From Candidatus Latescibacterota bacterium (lineage in GTDB: Bacteria > Latescibacterota > UBA2968 > UBA8231), in the NCBI GenBank assembly GCA_965248265.1, contig CBDFJF010000001.1, positions 128,001 to 192,000 of the forward strand: a stretch of DNA of 64,000 nucleotides, in the 5' to 3' direction. Positions 38,133 through 49,881 of this stretch are shown one piece after another. A program made the translations under genes and the position numbers. Position 1 is the stretch's first letter. Every line of letters begins with the position of its first letter. The notes beneath the pieces are model-generated. The model had not been told where the DNA came from. It searched no databases and saw only the letters and a program-made list of their open reading frames with translations.

Positions 38133-39029
38133 ATGCGTGTAGCGGTAACCGGTGCTCTGGGACGCGCCGGCCGCTGGATCGTCCCGGAACTGGTCGCGGC
38201 GGATCACGAGGTGATCGGGGTGGACCTCCCTCCCCGGGCGGAGCTATCCGGTGCCCGCTACCGGCAGGCCGACGTCAACGAGTACGCCGAGACTCTGTTC
38301 GCCTTCGAGGGTGTCGACGCGGTGGTGCACCTGGCACGCGCCAGCCCGCATGCCAGCCCCAACGCGGTATTTCGCATCAATACGATGACCACCTGGAACG
38401 TGCTGCAGGCGGCCGAGGAGCTCGGCCTCGGCAAGCTCGTGCTGGCCTCATCGGTCAATGCCATCGGCGCGGCATTCAACCTGATGCGAACGCCGCCGGA
38501 ATACTTCCCGATCGACGAACAGCATTCGACCCGCGCCCAAGACCCTTACAGCATCAGCAAATGGGCCGGTGAGCAGATCGCCGACGGATTCGCACGACGG
38601 CTCGCGGCGCAGGGTCGCACCATACAGATCGCCAGCTTCCGCCTGCACGCGCTGCTCGACGACGAGCGCGTCGCACGCGCCGGTGCCGAGCGCGGCGACC
38701 CCGAACAGCACGCTGCAGATTTCTGGAGCTATACCAGCCTTCGCGAATGCGCTCGGGCCTGCCAGCAGGCCCTGAAGTCGTCGTGGCGGGGGCACGAGGT
38801 GTTCATGGTAAACGCCGCCGACACGACGCTGAGCATTCCGACTGAGCAGGCCATCGCGCAATGCTACCCGGGCGTGCCGATGCGCCGGCCGCTGCCTGGC
38901 TTCGCCTCGGCATTGGACACCCGCAAGGCCCTTCACTTCTTCTCAGATCAGGGTCCCCACGTTCAAACTTTCGCAAAAGGAGGTGCCGGGGTCTGGCACC
39001 TCCCCCGAGCGGTTGCACTCAGAAGTTGA
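38133..39029 (+). CDS. NAD-dependent epimerase/dehydratase, C-terminus possibly replaced
   Basis: VTGALGRAG, ASS, YSISK; after LDTRKA the sequence loses family resemblance and overlaps the convergent gene. Confidence 0.8.
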   Translation: MRVAVTGALGRAGRWIVPELVAADHEVIGVDLPPRAELSGARYRQADVNEYAETLFAFEGVDAVVHLARASPHASPNAVFRINTMTTWNVLQAAEELGLGKLVLASSVNAIGAAFNLMRTPPEYFPIDEQHSTRAQDPYSISKWAGEQIADGFARRLAAQGRTIQIASFRLHALLDDERVARAGAERGDPEQHAADFWSYTSLRECARACQQALKSSWRGHEVFMVNAADTTLSIPTEQAIAQCYPGVPMRRPLPGFASALDTRKALHFFSDQGPHVQTFAKGGAGVWHLPRAVALRS

Positions 39030-39921
39030 ACACGAAGTCGATGTACGGAACTCCAGGAAAAAAGGCATCTTCACCCATCGGAGTGAAGAAGGCCAGGTCG
39101 ACGCTCAGAGCTTGTCCGAAAAAGCGGATCCCATAGGAAATCACGGGCTGATCCACTTTGGCGAACATCCAGTTCTCCGTGACAAACGCCATACGTCTCG
39201 ATATTCGCTTCTCCCCTCCAAGCATCAGCATCGGGTTTTCGGCCAGATCTCCATCGACAGATCCATAACCTAAGCCAGCAGTGATGCTGTTGTCCGCTGT
39301 CCCGTAGGTGGCTACCCCATAGAGAATGCGGACCAGCGATGACTCATGAGGCACTTTCACGAAGAGAGCTCCTGCCGCAACATTCAGATTCTTTGCCACC
39401 GTTGACCCGACTTTTGGTGAGAAATACAACATCTGGTCCATATAAGGAAACAGAGATATTCCACCTCCGATCGTGATGTGATCGGTCACTCCATATGCAA
39501 CGCCTGGAAAGAAGAGATAGTAGTCCGAAAAATAGCCCTGGCCGCGCTTCAGCATGCGCCCGGTGGGAGCAAAGTAGAGTCTTGTAGCGTTGGGGTTTGC
39601 GAACCAGTATCGCCCGTTTCGTAATGAAGATTGCGACACCTCACTCAGCTCATCTATTTCCGCGATAGGGATCGCTACCGTTCCAAAGGCTGTTTCGAAC
39701 TGGACATTATCCTCACCGATTCCCACGATGCGGCCAATATTCGTCGATCCGTCTTTCGCGGTTAGCATTTGAACACGGGTCGAATCGGAGATGCTCAGGC
39801 CTTGGATGACCGCCGTCTGTTCTTTGGCATGTGCTTCCTCTTTGGGGAGTGCAGCCAGGGCGATCCAAACACCCAGAAGGGTACCTGTGGTAGATGTCAT
39901 TTTGTTCATGCTGGCCTCCAT
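39019..39921 (-). CDS. Exported, probable outer-membrane protein of unknown function
   Basis: Signal-like N-terminus; beta-strand-rich; ends PYIDFVFNF with terminal Phe. Confidence 0.7.
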   Translation of the reverse strand: MEASMNKMTSTTGTLLGVWIALAALPKEEAHAKEQTAVIQGLSISDSTRVQMLTAKDGSTNIGRIVGIGEDNVQFETAFGTVAIPIAEIDELSEVSQSSLRNGRYWFANPNATRLYFAPTGRMLKRGQGYFSDYYLFFPGVAYGVTDHITIGGGISLFPYMDQMLYFSPKVGSTVAKNLNVAAGALFVKVPHESSLVRILYGVATYGTADNSITAGLGYGSVDGDLAENPMLMLGGEKRISRRMAFVTENWMFAKVDQPVISYGIRFFGQALSVDLAFFTPMGEDAFFPGVPYIDFVFNF

Positions 39922-40049
39922 CGTACCCCATGGTTTGTCCTGTGCCCAACCGACCCACTTGTCGTTGAAGCCGTCCGTAACAGGCTTCGCATCTCCCGAA
40001 AGCGGGAGACCAACCCACCACGTAGATTACTCAAATTGGAATACAACAG

Positions 40050-40065
40050 GGCAATCTCCGTGCCA
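40050..40065 (-). promoter_or_regulatory. Sigma-54 (-24/-12) promoter for 39019..39921
   Basis: TGGCAC-GGAGA-TTGC on the minus strand. Confidence 0.7.
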
Positions 40066-40216
40066 AAACAGATTCCCACTCATGCGCTCTCCAGGGGCAG
40101 GAAAACCACCTCTGCGAAGCGGGATGTGCCCTTGTCCGAGCCCGTAACTGCCCCAGTTTTATTGCACGTGAAAGCAAAGTCTTGCACCTTTCCCCCCTTC
40201 CGAATCCCAATGTTCA

Positions 40217-40232
40217 TGGCACACAGTTTGCA
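40217..40232 (+). promoter_or_regulatory. Sigma-54 (-24/-12) promoter
   Basis: TGGCAC-ACAGT-TTGCA consensus match. Confidence 0.7.
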
Positions 40233-40417
40233 GTTCTCTTCGGCGTGAAAAGACGAATTGCTCCAGGCCGGGAATGGAGTGAGGACACACAAGTTGGTGG
40301 TGGTGAATAGGGGAAGCGGCATTCGGTACTGAGAGATAAATGCAATGAGCATACATGCTATAAGCTGTCAGGCCTGTCGGGGGAAGCTGAATCGCCCCGG
40401 GTTTTTCGGAGACTCGG

Positions 40418-41649
<1,232 letters not shown>

Positions 41650-42471
41650 GACTCCAATCCTCTCAAGAAATGGAGCCTCCGGCAACCCCGGGGCGATTCA
41701 AGCTGGGAATGCTATTAGTCCTTGTGCTACTTGTGAGCATAGCGAGCCAGCCTAGGAGTCGGGGTTAGAAGTTGGATGTTGGGGCTGCAAGTACCGTTGG
41801 GTGTCCGTATGTAGCAAAGGGGTGTTACCCAACCTGGCAGGCACTGGAAGAAAGACCGACCGCCAAGAGCCCGCTCTTCAGTTTTCTCTGTATGTAGACA
41901 ATTCTCGCACCATACGCGGTGAATTTGCGGGCGCTTCATCAGAGGGTAGAGTGTTCGTTGACGCAGACTGGTGATCCAAAGTCAGATGACGTGATCAAGA
42001 GCGAAGTAAAGTTGTTTGAACGCAAGGAGGAGTTCGTGCCTTACTTTCCTGAGGCGGAGTACGTATTCACAATGAAGAGAACGGCGGATAGAATCGTCCT
42101 CCTGGAAGGACACCCTGACATCTGTGATCGAGGGAGAGTCCCTGTGCAATGAGCCGGTTGTTCAACATGCTTGTGCATTGAAAGAGGCCGGGGACTCGGT
42201 GGCTGTTCTTTCCGATGGCCAGACATTTACAGGATCGTTCTGGAAAAATTAGCTGGGCGGGACTGTTCTGTTGACGCTTGAGATGTTCCTCAAGACTCTA
42301 TTTACCTTTCTCGTCGGCGCCGTTATGTGGACGGTGGCCATGGCCATCGTCGGCGCCATTACAGGAATTGGCATGGTCTGGCTGTTGCGACAACCAGCTC
42401 TCGATCATCGATGATGCCGACCCTCAACACTGCAGCTACACCCTGAACGAAAGAAACCTGGAGAAGCGACC

Positions 42472-43170
42472 ATGCGAGTACTGATCACGGGCGCCGGCGG
42501 CGCCATCGGATCCCACCTGGTAAAGGAGCTGGGGGAGCGCCATGAGCTGCGTGGCCTGGACTGCGTGGAAATGGAGGCACCCCAGGACGCGATCGTCGGT
42601 GACATCGGAGACCTGGATTTGTTGCTCGAGGCGACTGAGGGTATGGAGGCCGTAATCCACCTGGTCAGCGTGACCGGCGGGGACGAGTGGAGCAACGCCC
42701 TCAGGAGCAAGATCGGAATGTACAACACCTTCGAGGCAGCCAGACGCAACGGTGTGCGCCGCATTGCCGTCGCCAGCCGGGCGGGCGTGTTGTCGAGGGC
42801 CTACTACGGCAGCACCCGCAGGACACCTGATATGCTGCCGAAACCGGGCAACCTCTACACCATCACGAAAATATTCGCCGAGAGTATCGGGTATATGTAC
42901 GCGACTCGCTACGATATGGAGGTCGTGGCCCTGCGAATCGGCAACTTCCACAGAGACCGCGACCAGCCGACACACCCCCATCATCTCAGCCACGGCGATT
43001 GCGTCCGGGTCTTCGAGCAGGCCATCACGCATCCCGGCGTGCAGTACGAGGCCGTATTCGCGGTCTCGGACAGCAACTGGCCGTTATACGATCTTGAGCA
43101 CGGGCGCCAGGCGATTAACTACCATCCGCAGGATCGCTCGGAAGTTCCCGAGGAAGAGCAGGTTTGGTAA
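42472..43170 (+). CDS. NAD-dependent epimerase/dehydratase (uronate dehydrogenase-like)
   Basis: ITGAGGAIG, YTITK, LRIG, LSHGD motifs. Confidence 0.85.
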   Translation: MRVLITGAGGAIGSHLVKELGERHELRGLDCVEMEAPQDAIVGDIGDLDLLLEATEGMEAVIHLVSVTGGDEWSNALRSKIGMYNTFEAARRNGVRRIAVASRAGVLSRAYYGSTRRTPDMLPKPGNLYTITKIFAESIGYMYATRYDMEVVALRIGNFHRDRDQPTHPHHLSHGDCVRVFEQAITHPGVQYEAVFAVSDSNWPLYDLEHGRQAINYHPQDRSEVPEEEQVW

Positions 43171-43335
43171 CACGATGGGTGGGTGAAGATCGGCCGTCAG
43201 AGGAACGGCCGCTCGGAACCTTGTCAATTGTAGGGCTTGCTTGAATCCAACGCTCGGGCTGCCAATAATTGAGGGCATCCGGATGTTCTCTCAGATCCCC
43301 TTTCTTGTTTCGCCCGCTCGCCGATACAGAGCTTG

Positions 43336-45270
43336 ATGACGCCATCAGCGAACGCTTGCACCCTTCGAGGCCTCATCGTCGGCACCCTCGGGTGCCTGGT
43401 AGTGGGTGGGGGTTTCCAGTACACCGACCTGGTGCTCCACGTCACCGCGTTCGCCACCTGGTTCTACACCCTCGGCGCCAACATCATGCTTTTCATGATG
43501 GCGCTGCTGGTGAATCCGCTCCTGGGTTTGGTACGGCGCAGCTGGATGTTCACGCCGGCGGAGCTGGCGCAGATGTTCGTCATGTGGACGGTCGGCTCAG
43601 CCGTGGCCACGACTGGGTTCATATCCTATTTCCTACCCGAAATCACGACGCTCGCGTACTACGCCGGCCCCGAGAACAACTGGGCCGAGGTCCTGCTGCC
43701 CTTCGTACCGGACTGGATCATCCCGACCAAGGAAGGCGAGCTGTTGAAGGATTTCTACGAGGGCAGAAGCGACGGAGCCATCCCGTGGGCTCTGTGGCTG
43801 CCGGCGCTCCTTCACTGGGCGCCCTTCGTGCTGAGTCTGTACGTCGCCATGATCGCCATCGTCGTCATCCTGCGCAAGCAGTGGATCGACCACGAACGGC
43901 TCGTTTTCCCGATGATGCAGCTGCCGATGGCGATGATTGAGGATGACGACAGCGCGCGGCCGTCGTTGATCAAACCCCTGTTCCGGAACTGGCTGTTCTG
44001 GTTGGGCTTCGCCCTGCCCTTCATCATCGGCATCAACAACGGCCTGGGCCGGTACTTTCCCATCGATCCGATCCATGTCGGTGGCACCTACTTCTATTTC
44101 TTTCGCGAAGCCGTGGGGCTGCGCATGGGCATCAGTTTCATGATGGTCGGCTTTGCCTACTTCATCCGCCGCGACGTGACCCTGGGCCTGTGCTTCTTCT
44201 ATCTCCTGTATGTCATCTACGAGATTATCACGACCCTGCAGGGAGGCGGTGAGCACGATCCCATGCTGAGCTCGTGGTCGCGGGGCGCCTCAACCTTCGC
44301 CTACCAGGGTCTGGGAGCCTTCGCCGCCCTGGTCGGCGTCGGCCTGTGGAACAGCCGCGCCCATCTCGCTCGCTTCGTCCGCCACGCCGTCAGTCGAGGC
44401 AAGAGCTCAAAAGAGGGTGATGGTGTTGATGACATAACCGAGATCATGTCCTATCGCACGGCCCTGATCGCCGCCGTCGGCAGCCTGGCCTTCATCTGCT
44501 TCTGGATGTGGCGCGCCGGCCTGCCGGCCTGGATCGTCCCACTCTTCGTGCTGATCGCCTTCATCCTCTACCTGGGCATCACCCGCATCATCGCCGAGAG
44601 CGGCATTCCCTGGTTCGTGACCCCCATCATCGCCGCCGATGCCGTCGTCGGCGGTGTCGGCACGCGCGCCCTGGAAACGGACGGCATCATTGCCCTCAGC
44701 TTCACCTACCCCTGGGCCTCCGACATGATCATCCTGGTGATGGCCTCGGTCGCCAACGGCCTCAAGGTGGTCGAGGAGACCATACGCCGGCGGCGCCGGT
44801 TGATTTTCTGGAGTATGGTGATCGCGATCGCCGTGAGCCTGTGCTCCGCCGCCGGCCTGACCCTGGACGTAGCCTACGAGCACGGGGGCTTGAACACTTC
44901 ACACTACTTCCGGGGTCAGACCCTCTACCCGTGGGAGGATGCGGCCACCCGGTTGGAGACCATGACCGAGCCGGGATGGTCGTACTGGAGTCACGCCGGC
45001 CTCGGCGCCGTGTTCATGGGGCTGCTGATGCTGGCCCGCCACCGCTTCGTCTGGTGGCCGTTCAATCCCATCGGCTTCCCCATCAGCGTGGCCGCCGACA
45101 AGATGTTCATCAGCGTCCTGCTCGCCTGGGCGATCAAGAGCGCCGCCATCGGTTATGGCGGCCCCCGCCTCTACCGCAGGCTGCGCCCGTTTTTCCTGGG
45201 CCTCATCATGGGCGAGTGGATGCCGCGGGGCGTGATGGCGCTGTACGAGTTCGTGCGTTTGAGCCAGTGA
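43336..45270 (+). CDS. DUF6785/DUF6784-like polytopic membrane protein (putative transporter)
   Basis: About 16 hydrophobic segments; LRKQWIDHERLVFP, WWPFNPIGF, YGG..LYR.LRPFFLGLI.GE. Confidence 0.75.
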   Translation: MTPSANACTLRGLIVGTLGCLVVGGGFQYTDLVLHVTAFATWFYTLGANIMLFMMALLVNPLLGLVRRSWMFTPAELAQMFVMWTVGSAVATTGFISYFLPEITTLAYYAGPENNWAEVLLPFVPDWIIPTKEGELLKDFYEGRSDGAIPWALWLPALLHWAPFVLSLYVAMIAIVVILRKQWIDHERLVFPMMQLPMAMIEDDDSARPSLIKPLFRNWLFWLGFALPFIIGINNGLGRYFPIDPIHVGGTYFYFFREAVGLRMGISFMMVGFAYFIRRDVTLGLCFFYLLYVIYEIITTLQGGGEHDPMLSSWSRGASTFAYQGLGAFAALVGVGLWNSRAHLARFVRHAVSRGKSSKEGDGVDDITEIMSYRTALIAAVGSLAFICFWMWRAGLPAWIVPLFVLIAFILYLGITRIIAESGIPWFVTPIIAADAVVGGVGTRALETDGIIALSFTYPWASDMIILVMASVANGLKVVEETIRRRRRLIFWSMVIAIAVSLCSAAGLTLDVAYEHGGLNTSHYFRGQTLYPWEDAATRLETMTEPGWSYWSHAGLGAVFMGLLMLARHRFVWWPFNPIGFPISVAADKMFISVLLAWAIKSAAIGYGGPRLYRRLRPFFLGLIMGEWMPRGVMALYEFVRLSQ

Positions 45271-45576
45271 TTGCCCGCCGATCCGCCTCCGGTCGGCAGA
45301 CGGTCGCACTCGCGAAGCCGACTCCATTCCCTGCCTCACTCCCATGTATACGAGGAAGAGGGTGAGATAGTCGGATGGTCGCATGTTCGACCTTCCTGGC
45401 CTGAAGGCGTATGGATCCTCGTCTGGAATTGCATCCTTAGGCTTGCCATCCAAATACGTCGTCAGAGACGCTCCCCTCGCGGCGAGTTGGATCCCATACT
45501 CCCGATGTGATTGTTTGACGGCTTTCGAAGCTACTCCCACTTTGGCGTGGCGATTCTGGACAATAGGAGCAGCCCA

Positions 45577-47211
45577 ATGGACGAGAAGAGGAGAGCCGCG
45601 CGCTGGCGCAAGCGTCGCATCATTTACAACAATGATGGAAACGACGTGAGAGAGGCGTGGACGGGAGTAGAACATCGCCATGACGTCGAGGAGAAGCTGT
45701 TCGCGCGCAGCGGGGCTGAGCTGATCGATGACTTTCTCAATGCCCGCAGCACGGCGCTGGTTGGGACCCAAGTGGACAGTATCTGGTATTGCAGTTGCAT
45801 GGCCGGCGTCACGTTCTCGCACCACACGAAACTAGGTGGGTTCTATGGAGAAGGAGTTCCGCAAGAGCTCGTGGAAAAGTATGGACGCGACAACCTGCAG
45901 ATTCAAACAGATTTCTGTCACGAGAATGACATAGAGGTATTCTGGTCATTGCGCATGAACGACGCAGCCGATTCGTTTCCCAAGGGTTCTCGCAGATGGA
46001 CATTCGCTTTGGATCACTTCAAGCGGGAACATCCCGAATATGTGATGGGCGAACCGGAGGAGTGGGTTGAGGGGCCGGCACACAATAAATACTGGTCGTA
46101 TCTCGACTTCAGTTATCAACAGGTTCGGGAGCACATATTCTCGTTGATCCAGGAGGTAGCCCAGAACTACGACGTGGATGGGATAGAGATGGATTTCTTC
46201 AAGAGATTCCCCTATTTCCGCGAGACGGTAGACTGGCTTCCGGTAGAGGAGCAACACCTGGACATGATGACAGACCTGGTGCGGCGATTGAGGAAGATGG
46301 CAGACGAAACAGGACAGCAAAGAGGGCGTCCCGTGCTGCTGGCGGCACGTGCACCCTTCAATCTTTCCGATGCACGTTTCATTGGGTTGGATCTGGAAAA
46401 ATGGCTGCAAGAGGATCTCATCGACATTCTGATCCCAGGCGGTCACTACGAGTCGGAAATGACCGAGTCCTTCAAGGAGATCGTGAACCTCGGGCACAAA
46501 TACGATGTACCGGTGTATCCCTGTATCGACTGGTGTTTCTGGGATCACTGGGCTTTTCTCGATCTGGGAGCGGAAGAGCACCGCAGATTTGAGTCGTGGT
46601 TGAGCACCCTGTACGGCGGACAGCCTGACCGTGGGGGGAAGCCGTCTTATGCGGTGACGCTCAATTCGTGGGAAGGAACCATGGCGGCATGGCGTGCTGC
46701 AGCGACGAACCTGTTCAACGCCGGTGCAGACGGCATCTACACCTTCAACGCCTTTTTGGCCAAGCACGACCTGTGGCGAGAGATCGGAGATCCGGCAGCT
46801 ATGGCTGGTAAGGACAAGATATTCGGCGTGGACCGATTCGCCGGTGACTCCAGCTTCGAAGACGTGTGCGAACTGGAGCTCGAGCAAGGAGAGCCCGTCA
46901 GCGTGCACTTTCAGGTAGGTGAGGATGTGGAGTCTGGCAATGCCGCCGAGTTGCGATTTCGTCTCCACCTCTGGGAGTTCACAAGCAATGATGACATAGA
47001 CGTAGAACTCAACAATGAACCTCTCGATGACCTCAAGCCAGCCGGCCGGCAGATACACTCGGCGGGGCAGTGGCTGGAATGCCAGCTGAGACCCTCTCAG
47101 GTCAACAGGGGCAAGAACAGGGTTGAGATAGTTACGAGGAAACGGGATGAATCCATGCAGACTCCCCTCGTCCTGGACGCGGTGCAGCTACATGTTCACC
47201 ACAAGGGATAG
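45577..47211 (+). CDS. GHL10-like (family 10 glycosyl hydrolase-like) TIM barrel protein
   Basis: IIYNNDG, SLRMND, LDFSYQQVRE...YDVDGIEMDF, GADGIYTFN. Confidence 0.7.
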   Translation: MDEKRRAARWRKRRIIYNNDGNDVREAWTGVEHRHDVEEKLFARSGAELIDDFLNARSTALVGTQVDSIWYCSCMAGVTFSHHTKLGGFYGEGVPQELVEKYGRDNLQIQTDFCHENDIEVFWSLRMNDAADSFPKGSRRWTFALDHFKREHPEYVMGEPEEWVEGPAHNKYWSYLDFSYQQVREHIFSLIQEVAQNYDVDGIEMDFFKRFPYFRETVDWLPVEEQHLDMMTDLVRRLRKMADETGQQRGRPVLLAARAPFNLSDARFIGLDLEKWLQEDLIDILIPGGHYESEMTESFKEIVNLGHKYDVPVYPCIDWCFWDHWAFLDLGAEEHRRFESWLSTLYGGQPDRGGKPSYAVTLNSWEGTMAAWRAAATNLFNAGADGIYTFNAFLAKHDLWREIGDPAAMAGKDKIFGVDRFAGDSSFEDVCELELEQGEPVSVHFQVGEDVESGNAAELRFRLHLWEFTSNDDIDVELNNEPLDDLKPAGRQIHSAGQWLECQLRPSQVNRGKNRVEIVTRKRDESMQTPLVLDAVQLHVHHKG

Positions 47212-47289
47212 ACGAGAGGCCTGGGGCTTCGCATACTGGGTGACCGTCAGATAATGAGTGCGATGGCGGTACCGGCTGTCCAGACGACT

Positions 47290-47465
47290 CCCGATTCAGA
47301 AGCCAGACCTCGGGCTCGGTGAGGGCAGCCACGATTTCATGAGCCAGCCACAACTGGGGCATTGGGTGACGTCGATGTCGAACACGCGTGCGAGCAGCTT
47401 AGCCCAGGGTAGACGGTGGGCACACGGCTGGTTGGTCGAGCTATCGCCGGCACGCCCTTGGCTGG
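47290..47465 (-). mobile_element. IS91-family transposase C-terminal remnant
   Basis: LPWAKLLARVFDIDVTQCPSCG / IVAALTEP, frameshifted. Confidence 0.65.
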
Positions 47466-47468
47466 CCC

Positions 47469-47610
47469 TTATTTGACCAGTATGAGCTTCCTGGTCTGAA
47501 CTAGCGACCCGGATCGCAGGCGGTATAAGTAGACGCCGCTGGCCAGCCCTTCAGCGTTCCAGGTGTAGCTGTGACGGCCAGCCGCCAGCTCTTCCGACAC
47601 GAGCGTGGTC
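47469..47610 (-). pseudogene. Orphan T9SS-type-A-like/FlgD C-terminal sorting domain fragment
   Basis: TLVSEELAAGRHSYTWNAEGLASGVYLYRLRSGSLVQTRKLILVK*. Confidence 0.7.
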
Positions 47611-47675
47611 TGTCGGAGCGGGAGCAGAGCCTGTTCCGTCACTTCAAGCCCTACGTAGAGGGCATGTCGTAGGCC

Positions 47676-48835
47676 TAGTGCTCTGTTAAAGAGTGGGCAT
47701 TGAGTTTTGGACTTTGGCCAGCTTGGCGTTGTCGGTGTTCTTGTTTCGCCACCTCAGGTACTCCTGCATGCGCTGGCCGACTTCTCGATGATCGTTGGGA
47801 TCGCTGTTTTTAATGACGAAATAATGGGCTGCGGTGAGGTGACATTCGAGCCGATTCATCCATGACGCGTTGGTGGCGGTGAAGACCGGCGAGACCCGGT
47901 TTCGTCGGCACCACTGCAAGATCGGCGGTGTCTTGTGCGTCGACAGATTATCCATGACGACATAGATCCGCTTCGCCGTGCGATAGCGGAGCCGAATGGC
48001 CTTGAGGAAATCGAGTACGACCGACGCGTGTTTCTTGGGTTTGTGATGCATCCACAGGATGTCCTCATGGACGTTATAGGCTCCAAAGAAATAGCTGACG
48101 CCGCCGTGGCGGCTATAGGTTGCCCGATGCCGGACCGGGCGCTTGTGTGGGGCCCAGGAAGCACCGGCATGCGGCTTGATCTGGACTGGTCCCAGTTCGT
48201 CGAAACAGACTACGACCGTGTCTTTCGGCGCCCGCTTGTAGAGTCGGTTGATGCGTTTTTTTTAGAGACAAACTCCGGGTCCTTTGATTCTTTCCAAGTG
48301 CGCGTGCGTTGATAGGTAACCTTATGTTGATCCAAGATTTTTCCGATGGTCACATGCGAAACCTCGGGAATCATCTGCCGTCCCACCAGGCAGTCAGTCA
48401 GCTTGCGCAACGACCACTGGTTGAACGGCTGGCCGAACGCGCGAGGAGGCATCGTGGCAATTTCCACCACCACGGATTCGTCTTCCGGCGTCAACTTCGA
48501 AGGACGCCCCGGACGTGCCCGAGTGCGCAAAACCGTCAATCCCCCTTCGTTGTACTGGCGGATCAACTGGCGAACGTACTCCTCATGCAGATGCAGTGTA
48601 TCCGAGATCTCCTGGACGCGCATGCCCTGGGCGCTGAACGAGATCAACTGCCCACGGCGCATCTGCACGGCGTTGCGAGGCCGTTTCAGCCACCGTCCCA
48701 GTTCCTTAGACTCCGCCGCGTTCGGCGAACGAGCATGGAGACACATAGCATCACCCTCCTGAAGGATTCACCATATGTATCCATGATACCACGACTTACG
48801 ACAAAGTACAAGCTCGATTTCTTAACAGAGCACTA
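47676..48835 (-). mobile_element. IS630-family insertion sequence, apparently complete
   Basis: IR TAGTGCTCTGTTAA at both ends in CTAG context; HTH ORF 48210..48746 joins the DDE frame (FDELGP, MDNLSTH, SWMNRLE, ending 47686) via an A8 run at 48256-48263. Confidence 0.9.
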
Positions 48836-49881
48836 GGCAGGCAAAATTGCCCCCGGAAGGAATGCCACCTGTCGTATCCGGGAGCGATCAGCTGACCAAA
48901 CGATCACTGCTTTTCGGCAATCAATTCTCTGACCTTGTCGTGATCCACACCGAAATGGGCCAGCAATTGGGCCGATATCGCCTCCTGGTCGCTGAGCAGG
49001 GCGAGCAAGACCCGACAGCTCACCATTGTTCACTTCGGCTCGCAAAAACAACTGACGTTCCGTCACCAAATGCCGATTAAGGGAGGAGGAGGCCGCGTGC
49101 CCACGAGAAAGCGCTGGTAAGCGCTTAGGCGGCCATCATCCTCCAACACGGTACAGCCTATAGGAACTGCGAACGATACCTGGAGACTATCGATGGACTC
49201 CGGGATCTGGACCATCGGACCAGATGGCCCCCGAGACAGAATCTGAGACAGCTCGGGTTCACGGACGTTTCTACAGGAGTAGCGCATGTACCGGTGCAAG
49301 TCCATCGCCCCCACGGCGATGTCCCTCAACGAAAAACGCCTCATCCGTCCGACTCTCCGCACTGGCCAACTCCAGCATCACCTCAGCGAGTTGGCTCTCT
49401 CGTCTTGCCTTCACGACATGAAACGACGGAAACACCGTGAGTTGTCGCTCAACACCAAAGCGATGCTGATGTTGATCCTGTTGATCGGGGAACACCCCCC
49501 TGAGCCTGCCGAGGGCGAAGTACTAGTGGCGGAGGCCTCGTAAGGACAGCCGCGGATGGGCTTCAGCCCAGTGATGGGCAATCCGTAGCGCTCCCAACTG
49601 AGTAATGCCGGGCGGGAATCAGTCAAACCTGTGATGGCTCGCCGGGCGTCACCGTGATATTCCGATGGTCGTCCGAAGTGAAGCTACAGATACGACGCGT
49701 CAATGGGGCCTACAGCTGCCTTGCACTCTTCCGCCTAAAGAGATAGATAGTTAAGATCGGTTTGCGGCTTGGTGTCGAAACGAAAACTTGAGGTTTTTTT
49801 TGAGGGGCGGGATTGGTATATGGGGCTTGCCGGATCAAGCGGTGCTGCGAATCGGATGGAGGCCCTCGGCGGCTGAGAGCC

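Noticed and set aside
47469-47610. Evidence for a complete type IX secretion system
   Set aside because: Only an orphan sorting-domain tail; no porK/L/M/N or sprA recognisable in this window.
48840-49800. Genes in the ~1-kb gap after IS630
   Set aside because: Only short ORFs without recognisable motifs or RBS; left unannotated.
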